Shown here: positions 29,721-39,867 of the stretch, in pieces | Layout of the letters: the number at the start of each line of letters is the position of its first letter | Numbering within the stretch: the first letter of the stretch is position 1 | Assembly (NCBI GenBank): GCA_965223265.1 | Contig: OZ244999.1 | Coordinates: forward strand, 3,232,001-3,296,000 | DNA: 64,000 nt | Direction: 5' to 3' | DNA from: Planctomycetota bacterium | GTDB lineage: Bacteria; Planctomycetota; UBA8108; SXIK01 | Made by a program: the position numbers and the translations under genes | The notes under the pieces: model-generated | The model's database searches: none | The model's input: the letters and a program-made list of their open reading frames with translations, nothing else | What the model was told of the DNA's origin: nothing

Positions 29721-31799
29721 ATGATGGCGAAGACGAGAGCGACTCAGCAGTCCCGGGGACGCCCGAAGACGTACGCCAAACTGATCATCCAAGAGAACGG
29801 TGAACAGCGAGTGGTCGAGCTGGCCTCTCGGGTGACGACGGTCGGGCGTTCACAAGACAACTCGGTGGAAATCGACGACATCAATTCCTCGCGTCGGCAT
29901 TGTCAAATCGAGCGAACGTCGGGCGGGTATGAGATCGTCGACCTCAAGAGCAGAAACGGAACCTTGGTCAACGGCATCTTGGTTCTTCGCAAGGACCTTC
30001 GACCGGGAGACTGTATCGAGATTGGTCGCACGCAGATGTTCTTCGAGTACGTCTCCTCAGAGTATTCACAAGAGACGATCGATCTGACCACGGGTCACTT
30101 TCTTGAGCCGCTCGCGACGCTTGAGGACGACAGCCAGCTCGAGGTGCTGAAGAAGGAACGCGACATATTCCTCAAGCTTCTCGAGATCAATCGCAATCTG
30201 AACTCGAAGATCGTTCTCAGAGACTTGCTCGACCTGATGATCGACACGGTCATCGACGTCACTGCTGCGCAGCGCGGATTTCTTCTCTTGGTCGAGGGGA
30301 AAGAGATTCGCGTCACAGCGGCACGCAACATGGACAAGGAGAACATCAAGGACCCAGAGTTCAAGTTGAGCCATGCGATTGCGATGAGCGTACTCGATAC
30401 GGGGTCTGCGGTGCTCTCCGATGATGTTCTCGCTGATCCTCGGTTCGCGGATTTGCGTGAAGAGCGCCAGCTCAAGCTGCGCTCGACTTTGTGTGTGCCG
30501 GTCCGCATCGATGAACGATACATCGGAGCCATTTACGTCGACCACCGCTTCGACACGGGAGCGTTCAATGAGAATCATCGACGCTGGTTGGAGATTCTTG
30601 CGGACCAGGTCGCGGTGGCGATTCGGAATGCACAGATGTTTGAGGACCTGCGAGCCCGCACCAAGGCTCTGGAGGAGGCTCAATCTCGACTTGAGCGCGT
30701 CAACTTAGACCTCGAAGAGAAGGTCCTCTCGAAGAGCCTTCAGCTAGAAGATGCGATCAAGCTGATACCAAGAGACCGGCCCAAACGATTCAAGTACGAC
30801 TACTCGGCGATCGTCACTCGTAGCCCGAAGATGTACGAGGTGTTCGCTCTGCTCGACAAGATCATCGAGTCGAACGTGCCCGTCTTGGTCCTGGGCGAGA
30901 GCGGTACGGGCAAGGAGTTGGTCGCGCGAGCGATTCACGACAACGGCCTCCGCTCCAATCGTGAGTTTGTGAGCGAGAACTGTGCCGCGATTCCCGTGAA
31001 CCTACTTGAGAGTGAATTCTTCGGTTATGTCCGTGGCGCTTTCACTGGAGCGACGCGTGACAAGCGGGGTCTCTTTGAGGTCGCGCATGAAGGCACGCTC
31101 TTCCTTGACGAGATCGCCGACATGCCGCCGCCTATGCAGACGAAGCTTTTGCGGGCACTTCAAGAGGGAGAAATCCGGCGAGTCGGCGGCAAAGACATCA
31201 TCAAGGTCAACGTGCGCGTAATTTCCGCCACAAACAAGAACATCTACGACTTAGTGCATAAGCGCGAGTTTCGGGAGGATTTACTCTTCCGAATCAATGT
31301 CATCACGTTGAACCTTCCTCCTCTTCGTGATCGACGCGAAGACATTCCTTTGTTGATAGACTTCTTCCTCGATCGGATTGCTAAACGCTCAGGTGAGCCG
31401 AAAAAGACGTTGGATCGGGAGACGTTCCACCTGCTTTACCAATACGATTGGCCGGGGAATATTCGAGAGCTGGAGAATGAGATCGAACGCCTCTCGGCGT
31501 TAAGCAGCGGGCGCATCGAGTCGAACCTCCTCAGTAGTAATATTCAGGCGAAAGCTCAGGGGCGCTCGGTCTCGCTGACGGGGAAGTCGTTGAAAGATGT
31601 TGTCGCTCGAACGGTAGAAGACGTCGAGATGCACTTCATTCGAACGACCCTTATGGACGCAGAGTGGAAGAAGTCGAAGGCCGCCGAGGCCCTCGGAATC
31701 TCGCGTCCGACACTCGATGCCAAGATCGAAAAATACGGCATCAAGCGGGAGCAGGATGTAGGCTCTTCATCAGGGGAAGGCAGTCCCTCCAAGAACTAA
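29721..31799 (+). CDS. Sigma54-dependent activator with FHA-GAF-AAA+-Fis HTH architecture
   Basis: FHA (VGRS..SRRHC..SRNGT), GAF (LRSTLCVP..IGAIYVD), GESGTGKE, GAFTGA, FLDEI, WPGNIREL, AAEALGISRPTL. Confidence 0.95.
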   Translation: MMAKTRATQQSRGRPKTYAKLIIQENGEQRVVELASRVTTVGRSQDNSVEIDDINSSRRHCQIERTSGGYEIVDLKSRNGTLVNGILVLRKDLRPGDCIEIGRTQMFFEYVSSEYSQETIDLTTGHFLEPLATLEDDSQLEVLKKERDIFLKLLEINRNLNSKIVLRDLLDLMIDTVIDVTAAQRGFLLLVEGKEIRVTAARNMDKENIKDPEFKLSHAIAMSVLDTGSAVLSDDVLADPRFADLREERQLKLRSTLCVPVRIDERYIGAIYVDHRFDTGAFNENHRRWLEILADQVAVAIRNAQMFEDLRARTKALEEAQSRLERVNLDLEEKVLSKSLQLEDAIKLIPRDRPKRFKYDYSAIVTRSPKMYEVFALLDKIIESNVPVLVLGESGTGKELVARAIHDNGLRSNREFVSENCAAIPVNLLESEFFGYVRGAFTGATRDKRGLFEVAHEGTLFLDEIADMPPPMQTKLLRALQEGEIRRVGGKDIIKVNVRVISATNKNIYDLVHKREFREDLLFRINVITLNLPPLRDRREDIPLLIDFFLDRIAKRSGEPKKTLDRETFHLLYQYDWPGNIRELENEIERLSALSSGRIESNLLSSNIQAKAQGRSVSLTGKSLKDVVARTVEDVEMHFIRTTLMDAEWKKSKAAEALGISRPTLDAKIEKYGIKREQDVGSSSGEGSPSKN

Positions 31800-31842
31800 C
31801 AACCTGTGAGTCGCGATCGACGCAAAGCACGTACGGCGCAGA

Positions 31843-34455
31843 ATGGTTGCACGTTACTGGATCGAATTCAACGATGGTGGACGTGTCCGGCGCGTCGAGG
31901 TCGATGGGGACGAGCTGACGATTGGCCGCGACGAGACGAACGATATCGTTCTCGACGATCGACGCGCGTCGCGGCTTCATTGCAAATTGACCGTGACTGG
32001 CGATGGCCTCGTTTTAGAGGATTGCAAGAGCCGAAACGGTACAGTGTTCAAGGGCAGCATGGTCAATCTCAGCCCCATCGCGGTGGGCGACACGTTCCGT
32101 GTCGGAGACGTCACGTTCACTGTCGGTGAAACTCACGACGCGGGCGCTGCCGCCGACAGCGGCTCTCAAGCCGTCGACCCCGCGACCGCCGACACACTTG
32201 TTGAGCCCGGGTCGCGTCCTGAGGAACGTTGTGGCACAGGCGTGCCGGAACAGAAACCGTCGGAGCCACCACAGCTGGCGCCTGACCCGATTCGACTTGA
32301 GCCGATCGAGGCTGTTGATTCGGGTGTCATTGAGGTCTCCCACTTTCCATTTACCGTTGGCAGAAGGACTGGCAATGACTTGGTGCTTCGGGATCAGCGT
32401 GTGTCGTCACGTCACGCCCAGTTCGTCTACGCGGATGGCCTCTACTCCGTGGAGGACTTTAACAGCCGCAACGGCACGTTCGTCGATGACCTTCGCTCGC
32501 GAAGCGCGGTGCTCACTCCGGGGGTGATGATCCGTATCGGCTCCGCTCGCTATCGGGTTGAAGTTCCGGAGACGCCTCAGCTTCGACAGCGGCTTGAGTC
32601 CTTGTCCACACAGAGAGACTTCGAATCTCAACCTGTTGAAGAGAACCTGGGTCGAATCGAGCTGGATGCGTTCGATGGTGCCAGTCGACTTGAACACCCG
32701 CTGGTTGCTGTTGCTGTTGTGTGCGTGCTTGGGGCGCTCATGTTCTTTGCTGTCGATACGGCCCGTCGTGTGTTAGTGCGGCAGCCGATTGACCCTCCCG
32801 AGTCGGAGAACCTCATCGGGCAAGCATGGTCCTTCGAGGGTGGCGCGAGTGAAGAAGCGTCAGGTGCGGATTGGGAGCTCGTCGAAGGAGATCGCGGCCG
32901 ATTTGAGATCGTGGAGGCGATGGCTCAGTATCCAGGCAGGCACGCCCTGAAGTTGACCTCAACCGCGGAAGCTGGACGGTTGACCCGAGTTTCTCCGCGT
33001 GCGTTGATTTCTGTGCGGGCAGGGCAGCCGTACCGCCTGCGTGGGTTTGTAGCGAACCTTGGCTGTTTTGCGTCCGGAGTGGTCGTCGAGTGGCTTGAGC
33101 GCCGGGGCGAACGCGACGTCGTCCATAAACGTAGCTACTCTGACATCGCGCAAATGAGACGAGAGGAGTTGAACCTCGATCAGGTGGTCGACGCGCCGTC
33201 CAGGGTGACCCACGCGCGCGTCGCTTGTTTTGTAGCAGGGGGCGGCGCTGCAGTTTTCGATCGTATCGAATTCGCCGCGGCGTCCGACGCCGACGCCGCA
33301 GACGACGGTGGCGTGCCGAAATTCGTGTTCGGTCCAAGCGACGCACGGCAAAGAGTTCATTTGCGCCGCGGCTACGAGCTACAGTTCGTCGAGCAGGGAC
33401 TGCGTAGCTGGTTTGGGTTGGCGTCGCAGACCGCTGGGGACGGCTATGACATCGGGATGATTCCGTGGCGCATTCTTGATCGCGACGACGGGTATATGAC
33501 GATGGCGCTCAGATTCGCAGACCTGTCGCGCAGCCGCTGGGCAGACACCGTCGGGCGCCTTCAGGCCGGACAAGATGGTCTGCACGTGCGGGTGCAGCCT
33601 GCGGACGGCGATCGAGCAGACGATGGAAGCGAAATTTGTCTTTTTATCGAAACGCCGATCCACGACTTGAGGATTGAGTTTCCTGAGTACGGTCTGGTGA
33701 CAACGCTGAACAAAGACGATCCGTTGCCGCAGCGTTTTCACGAGTTGACGCTCGGCGCGGGCCGTCGAGAGCTTGTTTTCGCGAGCCACAACCCGTTGGT
33801 CGTCTCGAAGGTCGATCATCCACTGCGCCGCCGCCGACAACTTTTGATGATTCGGTTGGCTGAAGGGCGCACATTCGACATCTCTGCGTTGGTCAGCTCT
33901 CGTTTGGAATCTGTCGCCATCGCCCGACAGATCAACTCCGCGCGGCGCCATTATTTAGAGGGGCGTTTCGGAGAAGCGATCAGTCGGCTCAAGATGCTTC
34001 AGCAACGCTTTTCGAGCAGCGAGTCGGCCGGAGAAATCGAGGCGCAGATCGCGATTTGGGAGACCATCGCGGACGCTGCGTTCGAGCGGCTTCGAGACGA
34101 TCTCGAAGAGATGCGAGCTGCACCCCATGAGAGATGGTATCGCACCTTGACGGAGGGGGCCCGCGCATACGCAGCCGCGTACCGCAGTGCGGAATTCGCC
34201 GACCGTGGCGATGAAATACTCTCTGCGGTAGAGGAGCTGTGGCAAGAAGCCGAAAAGAAATCGCGCGCAACTCTAGTGGATCGATACTTTGACGTCGGCC
34301 GCAAGTTCTTTCGGGCTCATCGCATGTCGCTCGCGAGATTAGCGCTTCACCACGTGAAGCGATACACGAATGATGAAACGCTTCGGCGACAAGCTTCTGG
34401 GCTTCTTGACGGCATCGACCGAATCCGTACGCAAGAATCAAAGGGAGCTCGTTGA
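31843..34455 (+). CDS. Membrane protein with two FHA domains, a TM helix, a CBM-like beta-sandwich and a C-terminal helical/TPR-like region
   Basis: IGRD..ASRLHC..SRNGT and VGRR..VSSRHA..SRNGT; TM LVAVAVVCVLGALMFFAV; NLI..WSFEG...W...FDRIEF. Confidence 0.85.
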   Translation: MVARYWIEFNDGGRVRRVEVDGDELTIGRDETNDIVLDDRRASRLHCKLTVTGDGLVLEDCKSRNGTVFKGSMVNLSPIAVGDTFRVGDVTFTVGETHDAGAAADSGSQAVDPATADTLVEPGSRPEERCGTGVPEQKPSEPPQLAPDPIRLEPIEAVDSGVIEVSHFPFTVGRRTGNDLVLRDQRVSSRHAQFVYADGLYSVEDFNSRNGTFVDDLRSRSAVLTPGVMIRIGSARYRVEVPETPQLRQRLESLSTQRDFESQPVEENLGRIELDAFDGASRLEHPLVAVAVVCVLGALMFFAVDTARRVLVRQPIDPPESENLIGQAWSFEGGASEEASGADWELVEGDRGRFEIVEAMAQYPGRHALKLTSTAEAGRLTRVSPRALISVRAGQPYRLRGFVANLGCFASGVVVEWLERRGERDVVHKRSYSDIAQMRREELNLDQVVDAPSRVTHARVACFVAGGGAAVFDRIEFAAASDADAADDGGVPKFVFGPSDARQRVHLRRGYELQFVEQGLRSWFGLASQTAGDGYDIGMIPWRILDRDDGYMTMALRFADLSRSRWADTVGRLQAGQDGLHVRVQPADGDRADDGSEICLFIETPIHDLRIEFPEYGLVTTLNKDDPLPQRFHELTLGAGRRELVFASHNPLVVSKVDHPLRRRRQLLMIRLAEGRTFDISALVSSRLESVAIARQINSARRHYLEGRFGEAISRLKMLQQRFSSSESAGEIEAQIAIWETIADAAFERLRDDLEEMRAAPHERWYRTLTEGARAYAAAYRSAEFADRGDEILSAVEELWQEAEKKSRATLVDRYFDVGRKFFRAHRMSLARLALHHVKRYTNDETLRRQASGLLDGIDRIRTQESKGAR

Positions 34456-34464
34456 CACGATCGT

Positions 34465-36132
34465 ATGTTCGGTTTGCAATCTGCCGTTGGACTCAGCCTG
34501 GGTAACGAGAAGATCGACGCACTGGAACTTGTGCGTCAAGGACGCTCGGCGGTTGTTCGTCGCCTGTTGTCTATAGACTCGGATGAGTTGCGCGATGCAC
34601 ACGTGCCTCGCGACGACCTCTCTGAGGTTGTGCCGTATGTTAAACGTCGGATGCAGGCAGCTGGAATTCCGACTCGAAGGATCGTTCTTGGAATCGATCA
34701 GAACGTTTGCATGCTGCGGTACGCTCAGGTCGCTCCAGCGCCCACATGGCGCCTAGAGCTGATCATGAAGTTCGAGACAGACGAAATCATGGAGCGTATG
34801 GGTGAGCCGGTCGTCAGTAGTTACCGGTTGCTTTCGGTGCGAAGAAACGTGGACGATGACCAGGTTGTCTTGCTTTCGGTCGCGAAAGAGAATGAGCTTG
34901 CGAACCGCCTGAAGATCCTCGAGGCGAATGGCATGATGGTGAAGAACGTCGTGCCTCACGCACTCGCCCTCTTTCATGCCGCTGAGGTGTTTGGCGAAGC
35001 TGCAGATGAGGAGGCGGAGGACGACGATGTACGCCTCTACCTCGACATCGGCAAAGAGAGCATCGATACGGTTCTAACCGTCAACGAGCGCCTCGCGTTT
35101 GCGCGCAGTATGAGCTTCGGCGGCGCCGCTTTTACCAGGATCTTGGCGGACTCTCTGGAAATCGATGAGAGTCGCGCAGAACGTCTCAAGTGTGAGCGCG
35201 GAGGACTTGACACCAAGCATCCAAACGTACTGGAAGATACCGTTTCGCCGTTGCGAAACGCTGCGGGGCAGCTTTTGAATCTGATTCAGTCGACGATGAA
35301 AATGGCCGCTACACAGCACGGCCGGTCCTTGCAGCCTTTGAGTCATATCTTCCTGTCTGGCGGCGGTGCGCAGCTTCGCGGACTTGATGCGTTTTTGTCG
35401 CAGAGCATGAAAGTTTCGGTGAAGAGGTTCGCTCCGTTCGGCCACTCCGCCGGTGCTGCGGCACGCTCGGGACGGAATGCGGCAGTCGGCGCTGACTTCG
35501 ACGCCGCGGTGGCACTTGGACTTGCAGTCACAGGTCTTGATCACTCCGGAGAGGGGAGTTTCGTGCTCCTACCCCACGAGTACCGAAGGCGCCGTCTCTT
35601 CCGGGAACGGACGTTGTTTCTGTACTTGGCTGCAGCGTTTCTCGTTCTTCTTGTCGGGGCGCGATTTCTCCACGGTTTTTTGAGAGGCCGAGAGGCCAAC
35701 CATGTCTTGGCGGAAAACACCCGAGTTCACACAGAGTTGGTCGGCAAGAAACGAAGTCACGATGAAAATCTCCGGAAAGAATCGGCTGCTCGAGCTCGTC
35801 TCAACCGCATCCTCATCGAGAGTGAAGTCTCGGCGTTTCAGGGATTCGTGCTCGACTATCTTGGCCGTGAGTTGCCAGCTGAGGTTCAGGTAGAGTCGCT
35901 TGCGCTCGAAGAGCACGGCGTGCAGGTGAGCGAACGCGAGTACGTCCTGCGAGTCGCTGGACGGGTGAACAACGAACGACGACAGGCACTGAAAGTTCTG
36001 CGTCGGTTTCAGCAAGATTTGTTGGCATCCGAAAGGATCGGTGCGGTGGATATCACATCATCGACGCCGCTGCCGGGGGGTGCATGGTATGGATTCGAAG
36101 TCGAAATACGCCCGAACTATGTCCGCTACTGA
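34465..36132 (+). CDS. PilM-like actin-fold assembly protein fused to a PilN-like TM and periplasmic domain
   Basis: VGLSLG, LDIGKE, FARSMSFGG, AERLK, LSGGGAQLRGL, ALGLA; then LLPHEY, a TM helix, a coiled coil and LPAEVQVESL. Confidence 0.85.
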   Translation: MFGLQSAVGLSLGNEKIDALELVRQGRSAVVRRLLSIDSDELRDAHVPRDDLSEVVPYVKRRMQAAGIPTRRIVLGIDQNVCMLRYAQVAPAPTWRLELIMKFETDEIMERMGEPVVSSYRLLSVRRNVDDDQVVLLSVAKENELANRLKILEANGMMVKNVVPHALALFHAAEVFGEAADEEAEDDDVRLYLDIGKESIDTVLTVNERLAFARSMSFGGAAFTRILADSLEIDESRAERLKCERGGLDTKHPNVLEDTVSPLRNAAGQLLNLIQSTMKMAATQHGRSLQPLSHIFLSGGGAQLRGLDAFLSQSMKVSVKRFAPFGHSAGAAARSGRNAAVGADFDAAVALGLAVTGLDHSGEGSFVLLPHEYRRRRLFRERTLFLYLAAAFLVLLVGARFLHGFLRGREANHVLAENTRVHTELVGKKRSHDENLRKESAARARLNRILIESEVSAFQGFVLDYLGRELPAEVQVESLALEEHGVQVSEREYVLRVAGRVNNERRQALKVLRRFQQDLLASERIGAVDITSSTPLPGGAWYGFEVEIRPNYVRY

Positions 36133-36168
36133 CGGTTTGTCTCGGCCATTCGGCTGGCGACGCCGGGG

Positions 36169-36972
36169 ATGTTCCGCGCGATGAAGCTGCAGTTTGCTCA
36201 GATTTGGCACGAACACCGTCGTTTCTTGGTGGCCGTCGGTTGTGGAATGACCGTTTTTCTGGCGCTCAACTCGGGCGCTTCTCGTTATATCCGCAGTGCG
36301 GATCAGACGTTCCGCGAGGCGAGTCAGAAGGGCAAACAGAGTCGGATGTTGAAGAACGAACTGAAGCCTTACGCTGAGGTGGCAGCGAGACTGCAGTTGT
36401 ATGAAGATTTCGAATCTCGTCTGCGCAAAGAGATCGAACTGGCGCAAGATCTGCGACGGTTGGACCGCAAGGCGCTTTTGGTGCAGTTGACTGAAAAAAC
36501 GGAAGAGGTGTGGGCCGAAGCGCGTACGATCGCAAATCAACGTGGTGTCGCACTTCCCGAGCCGCTGAGTGAGCAAGACTATGGGTATGAGACAACGGAT
36601 GGGCACCAGGAGTTCATTCGTTACCATAGTTACCTCGGCGTCACGCGGCGGGCTCTTTTGGCGCTGCTCAACGGCGGGATGCGTTCGGTCGGTCCGCTCG
36701 AACTCGTATTTGAGGAGCTTGAACCGATTCATGGTGACCCTTCCGCCGCGCTACTCACTCAAACTGTCCATGTAGAAGTCTCCGGGAACTATCAAGCGTT
36801 CGTGTCGGTTCTCGAGTCGGTGCAGGAACCAGGCGGAGTCCTTCGGGCAAAGCTGCTGAATGTCGAGCGACCTGAAGACTCGGACGTCCTTTTGAACGGC
36901 GAGATCGAATTCTCCAATCTGCGATTGATCGAACTTGCGGGCGACACTCCTCGGGTTCGATTTGAAAAGTAG
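36169..36972 (+). CDS. PilO/GspM-like protein
   Basis: N-terminal TM helix, coiled coil, VEVSGNYQAFVSVLESV ferredoxin-like motif; position after pilMN. Confidence 0.65.
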   Translation: MFRAMKLQFAQIWHEHRRFLVAVGCGMTVFLALNSGASRYIRSADQTFREASQKGKQSRMLKNELKPYAEVAARLQLYEDFESRLRKEIELAQDLRRLDRKALLVQLTEKTEEVWAEARTIANQRGVALPEPLSEQDYGYETTDGHQEFIRYHSYLGVTRRALLALLNGGMRSVGPLELVFEELEPIHGDPSAALLTQTVHVEVSGNYQAFVSVLESVQEPGGVLRAKLLNVERPEDSDVLLNGEIEFSNLRLIELAGDTPRVRFEK

Positions 36973-37018
36973 CATTTGCATTGAAACGCTGCAGAGTCAC
37001 CTTTGTTAACGCTCGACG

Positions 37019-37387
37019 ATGATTAGATTGAACGCCGAAAAAACGGTTTGTTTGTTGGCATTCGCCGCACTAGTGGTAGGCGGGCAAGAGCTACTCGTCG
37101 GAGTGTGGGACGCGACTGAGAACGTTCCTGTCGTCAGCTCGGAGGTCGCCGCCGGACGTGCGAACGTCGTTTGGCGTGGATACCGGCGCTTTGAGAACGA
37201 TCGGCCGATCGCGCGTAGTCCGTTCACGTACGCCGAAGGATGGGATCTGCCGGAGGCTGTACCGATCGATCCACCGCTGCTACCGCCACTGAAACCTCGG
37301 TTGCCACCACTGTCGATGCAGCGAGGTGGTGGACGTTTCAATGCGAGTCACGAGGATGGATCGGAAGAAGCGGAGGCCGAGAAATGA
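37019..37387 (+). CDS. Small membrane-anchored Pro-rich protein (PilP/GspC-like by position)
   Basis: N-terminal hydrophobic segment, RSPF motif, Pro-rich tract; its stop overlaps the next ATG (ATGA). Confidence 0.55.
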   Translation: MIRLNAEKTVCLLAFAALVVGGQELLVGVWDATENVPVVSSEVAAGRANVVWRGYRRFENDRPIARSPFTYAEGWDLPEAVPIDPPLLPPLKPRLPPLSMQRGGGRFNASHEDGSEEAEAEK

Positions 37388-39867
37388 GACGTCTCACTTC
37401 GCTTGCACTAATCGCGTTTGGGACGTTATGGCTACTGGCTCCTTCAACTCCGTTCTGCGTCGCTCAGGAGCGGTCCACCGAGTTGAGCTCTACGGGTGAT
37501 CCTGACGAAGTCAGGCCGTACGACCTAGTACGCATTAAGACAGGTGCAGTGATCGAAGGATTTATTCTCACTCCAGGCGATCTCCGTAGCGTTGAGAAAT
37601 TCCGCATGCGGCGTCGAAGCGGTAGTACGCTGAGCTTGAACGTTGACGACGTCGAGAACATCGTTCGTCGGCAACCTCCGGAGATGGTCTACGAGCACAA
37701 AGTGAGAGGGCTGCGTAGGATTTCGGGAGAACGAGAGTTCCTTGACGCACTGATCGATCTCGCCCGTTGGTGTCACGCTCCCTTGGTGGTCCTTGAGGGG
37801 GATCCTCCCCTTCCAGAGAGAGCGGTCGAACACTATCTACGCGCACTCGAGCTAGACCCGAGCCAGCACGAAGTCTATCCTCATGTGCTTTCTCTTCTGG
37901 CTTCCGAAAGCTCTGTTGACGAAATCTTGGTTCAGTCACTCTCAGACGAACCAAGGTCCCTGTCTGCGGCCGCCGCTTCGCGCCTGGAACACGAGGCCCG
38001 CGTCATCGAGCTTGCGGCGCAGGGGGGCTACGAGAGCCCAGAGCTTGACTACCGCGCCGGCTTGATCGCTGCACTGTGGTTGGAATCCGCCAGCGGTGCG
38101 ATCGGGCATCTCACGCGTTTCCTCGACAAAGACTCGACAAACCTGGGGCAGCGACGACGGGCGCGTGCGCTACTGAGCCGGCTTCGGCGCGAGGCGGGAG
38201 ACGTTGCTGGAGCACAAAAGGTGTACGAGGATCTTCTCAAGACCGAGCGAGGGAGAGATTCGTTTGAAGCACACTTCGAGCTCGGCATGCTGGCGTTCGA
38301 AAGTGAGGCGGCTGACGCTCTGCAGCAGAGTCGAACACATTTTCAAGCCGCCCTGGAGGCCCAGCCGAGGTACTCGCCTCTCCTGCTTTACCTGGCGGCG
38401 GTAGAATACGAGGCCGGCGATTTAACGGCTGCTCAGCGTTGGCTTAGGCGGTTTCGCGCGCAGGCGCCGGATGACATCGACGGCGCCTGTGATCTCGCGA
38501 TCGTACTCGAGGGGTCTGGGAAGTCGGCGGCCGCACGAAAGCTTCTCAGCGAACTGCCGTCATCGACCGGTGGCCGACTCGAACTCACCCGCGCGGCTCT
38601 TCTCGACGCGGCCGGGGATCAGGAGAGCGCCCTGGTGCACTACCGAAACGCTGCTGCTGGCGCTGAGTCCGCCGCCGCGAGGTTGGCGCTGGCTAACGTT
38701 TTGGCGCGACTCGGACAAGTGGGCGAGGCTAAAAGCTTGGCAGCCGCGGAGCTGAAGCGTGGCGAGTCATCGACATTCTTCGCCGTCGCCTCACACATCC
38801 TCGCGTCGTGCGCTCTCTCCGGTCGTGATGAGGAAACGGCACGCGGCCATCTCGAACGCGCCGTACGGCTTCAACCAAACGGTGACTGGCTCGAGCAACT
38901 TGGAGTCGTTTGTCTGCAGCAGGGAGATCTCGCTGCAGGGCGGGCGCATCTCGGGCGACTCAGCGACGTCAAAGAGCGCCCCCACGCTCTCGCAGCTCTC
39001 GGGTACTATCACTACTCGCTCGGTGAGTTCGATCAAGCAGACCAGCTTTTCGAGCAGGTCGTACGGTTGATTACGCCGAAGAAACCTGGCGGCAAGAATC
39101 TGTCGAAGTCTCGGCGCGCGGTACTCGACTATGCCATCAGTGGTCGGCAAGCGATCGCCGATCTCCATTCACTTGAAGTGTGGCGCGCCAAGCTCCACAG
39201 TGACCCTTCAGATCACGTCGATGGTTGGCAGGAATCCGAGCGCTTCGGCGTCGCCATTGGATCACACCCCGCCGGCATGAGATTTCACGGAGTGCAGCGC
39301 GGCGAGCCCGACGGTGTGACTTCGGCGTTTTCAGATCGTTCTTTCTCGGTGGATCGATTTGAACGTGTCGTGACTCGACTGCGCATCGTTCGAGGGAAAG
39401 TGCGGATCGGCCTACGGCTCGAGGAAATCGCAGCGAGGCGACGAGGGGGAGGTTTTCTCGTATCTCGAGACTACGATGGGCGGGTGCGCCTCCTGCAAAA
39501 GGCCCGGAACACTTGGCAGGAAATGGAGCCGAGCGAGCCCGCGGACAAAAGGGATTCGGATGCATTGTTTGAATATCGCGGCGACTTCATTTGGCCGGAA
39601 GGAGCCAATACCCACACACTTGAGATTCGCGTCGCGCGAGAACGTCAGGTCGACCGGCGAGGCGCCCGCACAGGAGTCCGGCGGGCTCATGTCTTTCTGG
39701 ACGGACGTGCCGTCGCAAAGTACGTCGACATCGACGAGATCGAGGGCGACATGCGCATCGGTGTCTCTGCGCAGGCTGACGCAATCGGCGCTTCCTATGA
39801 CGTGATCGTCGAGTCGTTCGACGTCTATCGACGTCGCCCAGTTGAGGTTCGAAATGAAAGGTATTGA
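37384..39867 (+). CDS. Exported TPR-repeat protein with a C-terminal beta-rich domain
   Basis: Signal peptide MRRLTSLALIAFG..., DLVRIKTGAVIEG, many TPR-like helices (YLRALELDP, AHFELGML, ALAALGYYHY). Confidence 0.8.
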   Translation: MRRLTSLALIAFGTLWLLAPSTPFCVAQERSTELSSTGDPDEVRPYDLVRIKTGAVIEGFILTPGDLRSVEKFRMRRRSGSTLSLNVDDVENIVRRQPPEMVYEHKVRGLRRISGEREFLDALIDLARWCHAPLVVLEGDPPLPERAVEHYLRALELDPSQHEVYPHVLSLLASESSVDEILVQSLSDEPRSLSAAAASRLEHEARVIELAAQGGYESPELDYRAGLIAALWLESASGAIGHLTRFLDKDSTNLGQRRRARALLSRLRREAGDVAGAQKVYEDLLKTERGRDSFEAHFELGMLAFESEAADALQQSRTHFQAALEAQPRYSPLLLYLAAVEYEAGDLTAAQRWLRRFRAQAPDDIDGACDLAIVLEGSGKSAAARKLLSELPSSTGGRLELTRAALLDAAGDQESALVHYRNAAAGAESAAARLALANVLARLGQVGEAKSLAAAELKRGESSTFFAVASHILASCALSGRDEETARGHLERAVRLQPNGDWLEQLGVVCLQQGDLAAGRAHLGRLSDVKERPHALAALGYYHYSLGEFDQADQLFEQVVRLITPKKPGGKNLSKSRRAVLDYAISGRQAIADLHSLEVWRAKLHSDPSDHVDGWQESERFGVAIGSHPAGMRFHGVQRGEPDGVTSAFSDRSFSVDRFERVVTRLRIVRGKVRIGLRLEEIAARRRGGGFLVSRDYDGRVRLLQKARNTWQEMEPSEPADKRDSDALFEYRGDFIWPEGANTHTLEIRVARERQVDRRGARTGVRRAHVFLDGRAVAKYVDIDEIEGDMRIGVSAQADAIGASYDVIVESFDVYRRRPVEVRNERY

